DNA of 57,554 nt from contig CAWFJP010000026.1 in NCBI GenBank assembly GCA_963816145.1, positions 1 to 57,554 on the forward strand, written 5' to 3'. Below are positions 18,643 to 27,931 of this stretch, one piece after another. Origin of the DNA: an uncultured delta proteobacterium (GTDB lineage Bacteria > Desulfobacterota > Binatia > UBA9968). Positions within the stretch are counted from its first letter, which is position 1. Each line of letters begins with the position of its first letter. The position numbers and the translations under genes were made by a program. Below the pieces are notes generated by a model that made no database searches, had not been told where the DNA came from, and worked only from the letters and a program-made list of their open reading frames with translations.

Positions 18643-20325
18643 TCAGCTCTCTTCCTTCAGCTTCAAGGTAATTTTCTCGGTCAAGTCTTTTTTCGACACC
18701 TTGCCGAAGGGGGATAGCGGAAACTCGTCGACTATTTCCAAGCGCTCCGGCAGTTTGTGCTTGGCGATCTCTTCGTTTATGAGGAAAATGACGAGTTCCG
18801 CCAAGGTTAAAGTGCTGCCGGAGCGCAGGATCGCATAAGCGCACATGCGCTCGCCCAAGACCGGGTCGGGCATCGGCACGCAGGCGACGTTTTGCACCGC
18901 CGGATGGGTCAGAATGAGATTTTCGATTTCCTCGGCGCTGATTTTTTCGCCGCCGCGGTTGATCAGATCTTTCTTGCGGCCTTCGACCATGTAATTCCCC
19001 GAAGGATGGCGCCGCATGAGATCGCCGGAGCGGTAAAAGCCGTCGGTCGTAAACGCTCTGGCGTTGTACTCAGGCGCGCCGAAGTAACCGCGCAATGTGT
19101 AGGGCCCGCGGGCGAGCAACTCGCCGACCTCGCCGGGCGCCACTTCGTTGTCGTCGTCGTCGACCAGCCGAACCTCATCGTCGGGACTCACCGGCCGGCC
19201 GACGGTTTCCATCCTAACCTCGTCGGGGTCGTCGAAGCGCACGAACATCAGCATGCCCTCGGCCATGCCGAAGTTTTCCTGGACGAAGACGCTGGGAATC
19301 AATTCTTTGGTCCGCCGGCGCACTTCCGGTTGCAGCCGCTGGCCGCCGCTCTGCATGACGCGCAGCGAAGAAAGGTCGTATTTCGCAATTGACGGATCAT
19401 TGATCAAACGGATCAGCAGCGCCGGCACGACGGCCATGTGGCTAACCCGGTGGCGCTCGATCAGAGCAAAAATATCATCGCTGCGCGTGGAGTTTCCGAG
19501 CACGACCTTGGCGCCGTGCAAAAAATATCCTTGCAGCCCCGGACAGGCGAGAGGCAGATTGTGCGCCAGCGGCAACACGCTGAGCATGACACTCTCGCCT
19601 CCGACACCCGTCACAGCGGCGGCCATTTTGGAATTATAAACATAGTCGTTGTGCGAACGGGGAATGAGCTTGGGAATTCCGGTCGTGCCGCCGGAGAGCT
19701 GGAAGGTTGCGGGATCTTCGGGGTCGATCGTTAGGTTTCGCAGTTCATCTGGCGCACGCTTGGCGGGCCGCTCCAGCAGTTCGGTCAATGACAAGTAGCC
19801 CGGCGGCGCGTCGCCGAAAATAATTCCCAAACGCAAAGTTTTGCTCGCTGGGCGAATGCGCCGCACTAGTTCGCGGTAGTCAAAGTCTTTGGTCGTGTCC
19901 GGTGTTGCGCAGGCGACGGCGCCGGACAGTTCGATAAACTGGCTCATCTCGCGGAAACGGTGCGTCGGCAGCGCCATGATCGGGATGGCGCCGATTTTTT
20001 GCAGCGCGAAGTAGAGATAAACGAACTCGACGACATTGGGCAGCTGCACGACGACGCGGTCGAGCGGCTTCAGTCCTTCGTCGAGCAGATTGAGCGCTAA
20101 ACGCGTCGAGCGTTGGTCAATTTGCCCGTAGGTTACGGCCTGATCCCGGTCGATTACCGCAACGCGATCGGCATGGCGGGCAAATAATTCGTCGAAAGTA
20201 TCGCGCAAAGACCGATCTTCCCAATAACCCTTGGCACGGTACCGGGCGGCGAACTCGCGCGGGAAACGAACGACACCGTCAACAGGCTGCTGCTCCTCGC
20301 TGGCTCTGCGCTCAGCGTTCCACAT
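18643..20325 (-). CDS. aryl-acid adenylating enzyme, 2,3-dihydroxybenzoate/salicylate-AMP ligase (DhbE/EntE-like)
   Basis: YRAKGYW, FQLSGGTTGIPKLIPRSHNDY, HNLPLACPG, FGMAEG, RGPYTLRGY, NRGGEKI and GKVSKK. Confidence 0.92.
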   Translation of the reverse strand: MWNAERRASEEQQPVDGVVRFPREFAARYRAKGYWEDRSLRDTFDELFARHADRVAVIDRDQAVTYGQIDQRSTRLALNLLDEGLKPLDRVVVQLPNVVEFVYLYFALQKIGAIPIMALPTHRFREMSQFIELSGAVACATPDTTKDFDYRELVRRIRPASKTLRLGIIFGDAPPGYLSLTELLERPAKRAPDELRNLTIDPEDPATFQLSGGTTGIPKLIPRSHNDYVYNSKMAAAVTGVGGESVMLSVLPLAHNLPLACPGLQGYFLHGAKVVLGNSTRSDDIFALIERHRVSHMAVVPALLIRLINDPSIAKYDLSSLRVMQSGGQRLQPEVRRRTKELIPSVFVQENFGMAEGMLMFVRFDDPDEVRMETVGRPVSPDDEVRLVDDDDNEVAPGEVGELLARGPYTLRGYFGAPEYNARAFTTDGFYRSGDLMRRHPSGNYMVEGRKKDLINRGGEKISAEEIENLILTHPAVQNVACVPMPDPVLGERMCAYAILRSGSTLTLAELVIFLINEEIAKHKLPERLEIVDEFPLSPFGKVSKKDLTEKITLKLKEES

Positions 20326-20394
20326 CGTCTCCAGCCGGTCGCGAAGGTGAAAGAGGTCGGGGTGATATCTGAACAGCACGAACATTTTGACGCT

Positions 20395-20447
20395 AGAACC
20401 TCCGAAAACGATTGGAACTACTGGAACGACTGAAACATTTGGAACAT
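20395..20447. repeat. 9-mer tandem tract (reverse of GTTCCAATC)
   Basis: GATTGGAACTACTGGAACGACTGAAACATTTGGAAC. Confidence 0.7.
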
Positions 20448-20456
20448 ATTCTTTGT

Positions 20457-21221
20457 TTAGGTGGTGCTCGCGAACCCACCGTCAACGATAATAATCTCGC
20501 CGGTGACAAAGCGGTTGTGCAGGATCAGGCTCAGCATGCTGTCGGCGACATCGTCTTCGGTGCAGCAGCGTTTGAGCGGCGTGTATTTGGCGCGGCGCGC
20601 CATCAATCCTTGGTAGTTTTCCGCCAGCGTCCGCTTCATCCACTCGCCTTCGATCCAGCCTGGCGCCACCGCGTTGACGCGGATCTGCGGCCCAAGGGCG
20701 TTGGCGAGAGTCTTGGTCAGATTGGCCACCGCCGCTTTGCTGGCAGCGTACGGCAGCGGTTGGGCGCTGGGCCTGAGACCGGCGATGCTGCAAGTGTTGA
20801 CGATGCAGCCATTGGGCGATTGTTTCAGCAGCGGCGCGGCCGCCCGGGTAACCAAGAACAAGCCGAGCACGTTGACGTTGAACACGCGATTCCAGTCTTC
20901 TACTTTCATCGCGTCAAAATCCTTCGGATCGACGTCCACCGTCGTGCCGGCGTTATTGATCAGCACGTCGAGGCGGCCGAATTGTTTTTCCGTCGCCGCC
21001 AGCATGGCGCGCACGCCGTCGTCGTCGCTGACATCACAGCGCTGAAGCAGCGTGCGTGCGCCGGCAGATTCGCATTGCTGCGCGGTGAGCTTAGCGGCGT
21101 CTTCACTGCGGCTAAAATTGACGACAATGTCATAGCCGTTCTTGGCCAGTGTGACCGCCGCGCTGCGGCCAATGCCGGTGGCCGCGCCGGTTACTAGAGC
21201 AACAGGTTTTGGATCGGTCAT
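20457..21221 (-). CDS. SDR family oxidoreductase
   Basis: TGAATGIG, NNAG, YAASK and RVNAVAPG; start set at ATG 21221. Confidence 0.93.
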   Translation of the reverse strand: MTDPKPVALVTGAATGIGRSAAVTLAKNGYDIVVNFSRSEDAAKLTAQQCESAGARTLLQRCDVSDDDGVRAMLAATEKQFGRLDVLINNAGTTVDVDPKDFDAMKVEDWNRVFNVNVLGLFLVTRAAAPLLKQSPNGCIVNTCSIAGLRPSAQPLPYAASKAAVANLTKTLANALGPQIRVNAVAPGWIEGEWMKRTLAENYQGLMARRAKYTPLKRCCTEDDVADSMLSLILHNRFVTGEIIIVDGGFASTT

Positions 21222-21409
21222 AACGGCTTCTGCTTGTAGCAAAAAAGTTGACGCGTCGTCAACGCGATGGGAAAGATCGCCAAGGGGGCGACGGGGCAGT
21301 AAGCGGTAGTCACAAGTCATCTCCGCCAAGCTCTAGCCTTAGTGGATCACCCGCCCTAGACATTTCGATTGCCTTGAAGTATTCGGATCACCTTGGAGGT
21401 GGTCAGCCC

Positions 21410-23122
21410 ATGTTTACACAAAAATGGTCTACGTCCGAACGGAAATACGATATTGTCATCGAACGCGACGTCAAAGTGCGAATGCCGGACGGGACAGTTC
21501 TCGATGGCAATATTTGGCGTCCAGACGCGGCCGAGAAGTTTCCCGTCATTTTGGGCGCCCATGCTTATAACAAGGACCTGCAGTCACCGCCGATGCGGCC
21601 AGTAGGCTTTACGCCGATGCGCGGCTATATGGAAAGCGGCGATTCGACTTTCTTCGCCCGCCGCGGCTACGTGCACGCGGTTTTTAACGTGCGTGGCAGC
21701 GGCAGCTCGGAAGGCTTTTATCAGCTGATGGGACCGCAAGAAGTGCGCGATGTTTGCGACCTGATCGACTGGCTGGCGAGGCAGGCGTGGAGCAACGGCG
21801 ATATCGGCATGTTCGGCGTGTCCTACTACGCGCGGCTGGCAAAAGCTGTCGCGGCGGCCGGGCCCAAACCTCTGAAAGCGATTTTTGCTCCGTTTGCCGG
21901 CACCGACGACTATCGTCATCGCTGTTATCACGGCGGGATCTTGGCGCACGGCTTTATCAGCCACTGGCGCAACAGTTTGCACCGTCCCAACTACCGTAGC
22001 CTGTACAAAGAACAACACGGCGAAACGGCGTATAAAGAAGCCATCGCTCAAGCCATGCATGACCAGGAAATTATCGCGCTGCCGGGATTGCGCGAGGCGC
22101 TGCACAATCCGGACTCCGGCACCAACGCGTTGATTGTCGATTTTATTTTGCATCCATTCGACGGCCCGTTCTGGCGCGAACATAGCGCGCATGACGACCA
22201 GGCGACGATTCCCGCCTATCTAGGCGCGTGCTGGGGCAATTATGGACTGCATCTGCCCGGCGCGTTCTCAGCCTGGAAAAATTGGCGCGGGGCGAAAAAG
22301 ATGGTGATCGGTCCGCCGATTTATCTCGACCGGCCGGTTTATCAATACCAAGACGAAGCGTTGCGCTGGTTCGATCACTGGTTGAAGGGCGTCGAGAACG
22401 GCGTCATGGACGAGCCGCCGATCCGCTGTTTCATTGCGCCGACGGGCGACTGGAAAAATCTCGATGATTGGCCGCCGCCGGAAGCGCGCTGGACGACCTT
22501 CTATTTGCACAAAGACGGCGTTCTCAGCGAGCACGAGCTCTGGCCCGCCGAAGGTTCGGACTCGTTCGATGAATCGAATTTCGAGCACGGTGCGCTGACC
22601 TACGCGACACCCTCGCTGGTGGAAAATACCGAAGTGCTCGGTCCGAGCGTGTTGACGCTCTATGTATCGGTGACTGACACCGATGCGCTCTTGTTCGTCA
22701 CATTATTGCTGATCGACCGGGACGGGCATGAACATGAGCTGACGCGCGGCTGGTTGCGCGCCTCGCAGCGTCGATTGCGCGAGGATAGCACGCCTTGGGA
22801 GCCGGTTCAGGCGCATGAATCGAGGGAACTGCTGGAGCCGGGAGTAATTTACGAATTGAGAATCCCTGTCGTCGCCACCGCGCGCTTATTTCAAGCAGGT
22901 GAGCGCATCGCGCTCCGCATCAAAGGCGCCGATGACGAAGCGGCGGTGAATTCACTGCAAGCACTGGCGCGCAATCACGTGCGCCGACCGCGGCCGGCGC
23001 GGATCACGGTATATCACGACGAATCGCACCCGTCGCGCTTGGATCTGCCGATCACGCGCGGCAATATCATCGGGACGTTTTTTTCCGGCGGAGACATCAG
23101 CTCGTTCGGGCTGTCGCAGTGA
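21410..23122 (+). CDS. CocE/NonD family hydrolase (Peptidase_S15 + PepX_C)
   Basis: RBS GGAGGT; VRMPDG, RGSGSSEG, WSNGDIGMFGVSY, RWFDHWLKG and LTRGWLRAS. Confidence 0.92.
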   Translation: MFTQKWSTSERKYDIVIERDVKVRMPDGTVLDGNIWRPDAAEKFPVILGAHAYNKDLQSPPMRPVGFTPMRGYMESGDSTFFARRGYVHAVFNVRGSGSSEGFYQLMGPQEVRDVCDLIDWLARQAWSNGDIGMFGVSYYARLAKAVAAAGPKPLKAIFAPFAGTDDYRHRCYHGGILAHGFISHWRNSLHRPNYRSLYKEQHGETAYKEAIAQAMHDQEIIALPGLREALHNPDSGTNALIVDFILHPFDGPFWREHSAHDDQATIPAYLGACWGNYGLHLPGAFSAWKNWRGAKKMVIGPPIYLDRPVYQYQDEALRWFDHWLKGVENGVMDEPPIRCFIAPTGDWKNLDDWPPPEARWTTFYLHKDGVLSEHELWPAEGSDSFDESNFEHGALTYATPSLVENTEVLGPSVLTLYVSVTDTDALLFVTLLLIDRDGHEHELTRGWLRASQRRLREDSTPWEPVQAHESRELLEPGVIYELRIPVVATARLFQAGERIALRIKGADDEAAVNSLQALARNHVRRPRPARITVYHDESHPSRLDLPITRGNIIGTFFSGGDISSFGLSQ

Positions 23123-23175
23123 TAGATTGTTCAAGGTTCAACGTTCCGCTCGGTTTCTGGCGTTGAAACATTCGG

Positions 23176-24312
23176 CTAATCGATTCGCCTTCGCTCGATA
23201 TCCACGCGCGCCATGAACTTGGGCGATAGCTCGCGCAGCCGCTCGTCGGTCATGCGGCCGCTGCGGGTCATGTAGTCGTAGGCGAGTTGCCATGGCTGTA
23301 ATTTCATATTTTCCGCTAAGCGCTCATACCAATAGGAGCTGGCATTGGCGGCGGCGACGATTTTTTCGACAATCGGCCGGCGCTCGCGTTCGAAGACTTT
23401 CAGCGCGCGCGGCACGTCTTCGCGTGCTTCAGCGAAAGCGCGGTCGAGGGCGATGGCGTCTTCGAATGCCAGGCGGGTGCCCGAGCCGATGGAGAAATGC
23501 ACGGTGCGCTGGGCGTCGCCCAAGAGCACGGCATTACCAACCGACCATCGGTTGGTGACCAGCAGCGGAAACTGGCGCCAGATGGATTTATTGGATACCA
23601 GCGAGTGGCCGTTTAAGTCCGCTGCGAAGACCCTCTCACAATAGGCGCGGCTGGCATCTTCGGACAGACGATCCAAGCTGGAGCGACGCCAGGTCGCTTC
23701 GTCGCATTCGACAACGAAGGTGCTCATCGTTGGACTATGGCGGTAATGGTGCGCGACAAAGTGGCCGTCCTGGTTGGCGCGGAAGGTTAGGCTAAGACAC
23801 TCGAACAGCTGTGTCGTGCCGTACCAAGCGAATCGATTGGAGAGCCACTCGGTTTGCGGTTCGAATTCCGCTTCGAGGGCGCGGCGCACGAAAGAGTTCG
23901 CGCCATCGGCGCCGACGAGAAGGTCGCAGTTTTTAACTTCATCGATCGAGGCGATGGCGCGATAATATTCAATCTCCACTCCTTCGCCGGCGCAAAGTTC
24001 CTGGAGGAATTGATTCAGCTCCAGGCGCCCTATCGCCGAGAAGCCGTTGCCGTCGATATCAACTCGCTCATCGCGATGGACTATGCGCTGCATCGGCCAG
24101 GATTCCAGGCGCGGAACCAAGAGAGCGTGAAAATCGGCCACGTCGCGTTCGAGAAAGGCGAGGGCATTGCGTGAAAACACGACGCCAAAGCCGAAGGTGG
24201 CTTGCGGTGGATTCTGCTCAAAAACATTCACCCGCCAAGCGGGGAAGCGCCGCTTGCTCAGCAGCGCGAACAATAGGCCGGCTGGGCCGGCGCCGATGAT
24301 ATTTATCTGCAC
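23176..24312 (-). CDS. FAD-dependent monooxygenase like the N-terminal domain of salicylyl-CoA 5-hydroxylase / anthraniloyl-CoA monooxygenase
   Basis: GAGPAG, TFGFGVVFS, GADG, STFVVEC, LLGDAQRTVHFSIGSGTRLAFEDA and YMTRSGR. Confidence 0.9.
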   Translation of the reverse strand: MQINIIGAGPAGLLFALLSKRRFPAWRVNVFEQNPPQATFGFGVVFSRNALAFLERDVADFHALLVPRLESWPMQRIVHRDERVDIDGNGFSAIGRLELNQFLQELCAGEGVEIEYYRAIASIDEVKNCDLLVGADGANSFVRRALEAEFEPQTEWLSNRFAWYGTTQLFECLSLTFRANQDGHFVAHHYRHSPTMSTFVVECDEATWRRSSLDRLSEDASRAYCERVFAADLNGHSLVSNKSIWRQFPLLVTNRWSVGNAVLLGDAQRTVHFSIGSGTRLAFEDAIALDRAFAEAREDVPRALKVFERERRPIVEKIVAAANASSYWYERLAENMKLQPWQLAYDYMTRSGRMTDERLRELSPKFMARVDIERRRID

Positions 24313-24344
24313 CGAAGCGTCGCTCCCATTCTGGCACGGGTTCT

Positions 24345-24428
24345 ATTCACCACGAAGGCACGAAGGACACGAAGGGTTTGGATAATTGTTATTCCTAACT
24401 TCGTGCTCTTCGTGTCCTTCGTGGTGAA
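24345..24428 (-). repeat. R2 palindromic repeat, empty form (~85 bp)
   Basis: TTCACCACGAAGGCACGAAGGACACGAAG...CTTCGTGCTCTTCGTGTCCTTCGTGGTGAA. Confidence 0.85.
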
Positions 24429-24463
24429 ACATCCGTTTCAGCTTTGGCTGCAGCTTCGCAATA

Positions 24464-25384
24464 TTAAGCGAAGCGCGGAAATAGGCGTAGCGCATTTTGC
24501 TCTTCGATGGCGCGGCGGGCGGCGGGGTCAAAGCCGTCGTAGTGTTCCCAGTGTTCGACTTCCCGTTGCAAGCGCGCGCCGTAGACAAACGGCAGGTCGG
24601 AGCCCCATAAAATATGCGCCGGATCGGCGAGCTCCTGGAGTGAACGCAGCGCGAACGCCGAAGTCGTACTGGCGGTTTCGTAGTAAAGCGCACGGATCGC
24701 CGGGATCACTCCGGTCAAATTTTTGGCGCCGCGGTGGCCCTCCATCATGGCGATGCGCTCGGCGAGATACGGCACCGCGCCGCCGCCATGGGCGACGATG
24801 AAGCGAATGTCCGGGCAGCGTTGCAGCGTGCCGGTGTAGATCAGATTGACGATGGCGCGGGTGGTGTCGAAGACATACTCGACGGCGAACGGCGGCGCAT
24901 GCAGGCCGGTGTGCTCGGGCGCTTCGCAGTGGGTCGGATGGATAAAAACCACCGCCTTGCGTCGGTCGAGCTCGTCGAAGACCGGATCGAACAACGGGTC
25001 ACCCAAATAGCGGTCCATGACGCTGGAAAAAAGGCCAACACCGTCGAGGTGCAAGATGTCGAGCGCATAGGTTAATTCTTCCAGCGCGCCGTCAACGTCT
25101 GGCAGGGGAAGAAGAGCGAAGGAACCGAATCGCGCCGGGTGCTCCAGCAAAATTCTGGCTTGGAACTCATTGCAGGTTCGCGCCACTTCACGCAGCCGAT
25201 GGCTGTTTTTCAGAATCACCCGCGGCGTGAGTGAAGTGATGGCGGTGCGAATATGCCAACTATCCATGGAAAGAAGCTGCGCTTCGGTATCCGGCAGCTT
25301 GATCGGCATGGATTCGTCAGCGTACTGCGGCGGCACCACATGATGGTGCACGTCGATCCGCCAGGTTTGCTTTTCCTCGGTCAT
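24464..25384 (-). CDS. amidohydrolase_2 family, 6-methylsalicylate-decarboxylase-like
   Basis: IDVHHH, FALLPLPDVDGAL, YLGDP, VFIHP, FDTTRA, HGGGAVPY and WGSDLPF. Confidence 0.88.
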   Translation of the reverse strand: MTEEKQTWRIDVHHHVVPPQYADESMPIKLPDTEAQLLSMDSWHIRTAITSLTPRVILKNSHRLREVARTCNEFQARILLEHPARFGSFALLPLPDVDGALEELTYALDILHLDGVGLFSSVMDRYLGDPLFDPVFDELDRRKAVVFIHPTHCEAPEHTGLHAPPFAVEYVFDTTRAIVNLIYTGTLQRCPDIRFIVAHGGGAVPYLAERIAMMEGHRGAKNLTGVIPAIRALYYETASTTSAFALRSLQELADPAHILWGSDLPFVYGARLQREVEHWEHYDGFDPAARRAIEEQNALRLFPRFA

Positions 25385-25453
25385 TGCCGCACTGATTCTT
25401 GAGCGCCGCGTTGTCGCGTGGGCTTGGATCCACCGCTTCAACCGTCGCCGCCA

Positions 25454-25483
25454 AACCTAATGGATAACCAAGCGCACTGTCAA
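25454..25483 (-). promoter_or_regulatory. sigma70-like promoter
   Basis: TTGACA-N18-TAGGTT on the minus strand. Confidence 0.45.
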
Positions 25484-25626
25484 CATTTGCCCGTTGCGAA
25501 TCCGTCCTGGAGCGAAAACAGCTGTGGACATTCCACCCGGCTTGGAGTATTCGGGTCCAGTCTGTCAGCGGTAAGACAGCGCCCGCCCGGTGGATTTGCT
25601 GTGGACGCGAAATAAGGAGGAGAGCC

Positions 25627-26635
25627 GTGACTACTTTCCATAAGATCGTTGTATCGGTTGGGATTGTTCTCGGCACTTGCCTGGGCATGGCGCGGCTGGG
25701 CAGCGCCCAGTCATCGACACTCACCGCATTCTACACCGCGCCGGTGGTTTCCATGGCGCCGATGTGGATAGCCAAAGAAGCGGGACTCTTCAAGAAACAA
25801 GGGCTCGACGTCAAGCTCGTGTTTATCGCGTCAGGCCCAATCGGCACCGCTGCGGTGCTCAGCGGCGAAGCCGACGTCGGCATTATCGGCGGTTTTGCGC
25901 CGCTGCGGGCGATGGTCGGCGGTGCTAAGGGCTTGGTGATCATTGGACAAAGCAAGAACCTGATCACGAGCAAGATCGTCGCCAAGAAAGAAATTGTCAC
26001 ATGTCCAAGATCTCCGCGGGAAGCGCCTCGGCATCGACCGCATCGGTTCCAATCCGGATATGTTCGCGCAAGCGGCGCTTTCCCGTTTTCAGATCGATAC
26101 CTTCAAAGATCTGCAATATGTTCAGCTCGGCGATGTCGGCAAGGTCGTTGCCGGTCTCAAGGCCGGGGTAATCGACGCCGCCATCGCCGGCGCGCCGCAC
26201 GATCTATTCGCGCAGAGGCTGGGCTTCAAAGTTATTCTCGACATCGCCGCGCTAAAGATTCCGTTTGCGGCAACGGTGCTCATGTCCGGCCGCGAAACCG
26301 TCGCGCGCAAACAGCCCGAGCTGACGAAATTCATGCGCGCCTACGCCGAGGCGGTGCATTATTTTTTGACCAATCCGGAAGGGACCGCCCAAGTCATTAC
26401 GAAGTACACACAAGTTGCCGATCGGGAAGTGCTTGCTTATTCCATCGACCAAGAGGCGAAGGCCATGGAAAAAACCCTTGAGGTAAATCCGAAAGGGCTG
26501 GAACTCATCCTAGCTTTCATCGCTAAGAGCGTCCCCCAAGCGGCAGCTGCCAAGTCGGAGGACTTCTATGATCCGCGCTTTACCAATGAAATGAGAGACA
26601 GCGGTTTCTTGAAACGACTATGGGGCGAGAATTGA
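25627..26635 (+). CDS. ABC substrate-binding protein, NMT1/SsuA-like; frameshift near 25997
   Basis: ORFs 25627..(KKEIVT) and 25994..26635 (HVQDLRGKRLGIDRIGSNPD) join into a full paralog of 26773..27783; RBS AAGGAGG. Confidence 0.88.
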
Positions 26636-26772
26636 AAGCACGGCATAGTTCGACTAAGGAGTATGGGGGTATACGACCGCGCTTGTAGTGCGTGGTCTGG
26701 CGCGTGGTTATTATTTGTTCTTGTCGGTAGTTCCTAACCCGGCGGATCGCTTTCTAACTAGAGAGAGCAAGT

Positions 26773-27783
26773 ATGACAATCTTCAGACCGATACGCGCGA
26801 TTCTGATGCTCGCTTTGTTCCTGGGCTTAATCTCCCCGCGACAGAGTTACGCCCAGACGCAAAGTCTCACGGCATTTTACACTGCGCCGGTGGTTTCGAT
26901 GGCGCCCATGTGGATCGCGAAGGAGGCCGGCCTTTTCAAGAAGCAAGGCTTGGACGTCAAATTGGTATTCATCGCCTCGGGTCCGCTCGGTACCACGGCG
27001 ATCCTTTCCGGTGACGTCGATGTCGGAGTGATCGGCGGTTTCGCGCCGATACGGGCGATCGCCGGCGGAAATAAGAATTTAGTCATGATTGGCCAGACCA
27101 AAAACCGCATGACCGGCGCCATCGTCGGCAAGAAAGAAATCGCCAGCGTCCAGGATCTGAAAGGTAAGCGTCTTGGCATTGACCGCATCGGTTCCAACCC
27201 GGACATGTTCACTCAAGCATCGCTGGCGCGTTTCAACATAGATCCGCTCAAAGATCTGCAATACATCCAGCTCGGCAGCATCGGCCAAGGCATCCCGGCG
27301 CTCAAGGCGGGAACCATCGACGCCGTTAGCACAAGCACGCCGCACGATCTGTTTGCCCAGAGGCTGGGCTTCAAGGTGATCCTGGATATCACAGCCATGA
27401 AGATTCCCTTGGCATCGACGGTGCTCCTCTCCGCGCGCAACACCGTCGAGCGCAAGCAAGCGGATCTGGCAAAGTTCATGCGCGCTTACGCCGAAGCGAT
27501 TCACTATTTTCTGACGAACAAAGAAGGGACCATCCAGATCGTCGCCAAATACACCAAAGTCGAAGACCGCGAAGTGAATGGCCACGCGATCGAGTCTGAG
27601 TGGGAGGCCGTGGAACGAACCCTCCAAGTCGATCCCAAAGGCATCGAACTGATTCTCGCGCTCATGAGTAAATCGATGCCCCAAGGTTCGGCGGTAAAGA
27701 CCGACGAGTTTTACGATTCGCGTTTCACCAATGAGCTGAGAGACAGCGGCTTTCTGAAGAAATTGTGGGGCGATAAACTGTAA
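26773..27783 (+). CDS. ABC substrate-binding protein, NMT1/SsuA-like
   Basis: WIAKEAGLFKKQGLDV, DLKGKRLG and FYDSRFTNELRDSGFLKKLW motifs. Confidence 0.92.
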   Translation: MTIFRPIRAILMLALFLGLISPRQSYAQTQSLTAFYTAPVVSMAPMWIAKEAGLFKKQGLDVKLVFIASGPLGTTAILSGDVDVGVIGGFAPIRAIAGGNKNLVMIGQTKNRMTGAIVGKKEIASVQDLKGKRLGIDRIGSNPDMFTQASLARFNIDPLKDLQYIQLGSIGQGIPALKAGTIDAVSTSTPHDLFAQRLGFKVILDITAMKIPLASTVLLSARNTVERKQADLAKFMRAYAEAIHYFLTNKEGTIQIVAKYTKVEDREVNGHAIESEWEAVERTLQVDPKGIELILALMSKSMPQGSAVKTDEFYDSRFTNELRDSGFLKKLWGDKL

Positions 27784-27833
27784 GATACTCAATCTATCAA
27801 CCATGGGTGCTTGAACTTTAAACTGTTAATCCG

Positions 27834-27918
27834 ACCCCCTCCTTCATCCTCCCCCGCAACGCGGGGGAGGAAAGAGGTGGGGGCTTGAACGTTTGAAACA
27901 TTTTGAACAATTTGAACG
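27834..27918. repeat. CCCCCTCC..CCTCCCCCGC..CGCGGGGGAGG..GGTGGGGG hairpin followed by a 9-mer TTGAAC tract
   Basis: Nested inverted repeat, then TTGAACGTTTGAAACATTTTGAACAATTTGAAC. Confidence 0.65.
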
Positions 27919-27931
27919 AGAGGAGTTCGAT

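Noticed and set aside
18643-20325. Siderophore or NRPS cluster
   Set aside because: No carrier protein, condensation domain, isochorismate synthase or TonB receptor is present in the window.
24345-24428. R2 and 9-mer tracts as a CRISPR array
   Set aside because: There is no regular repeat-spacer periodicity and no cas genes.
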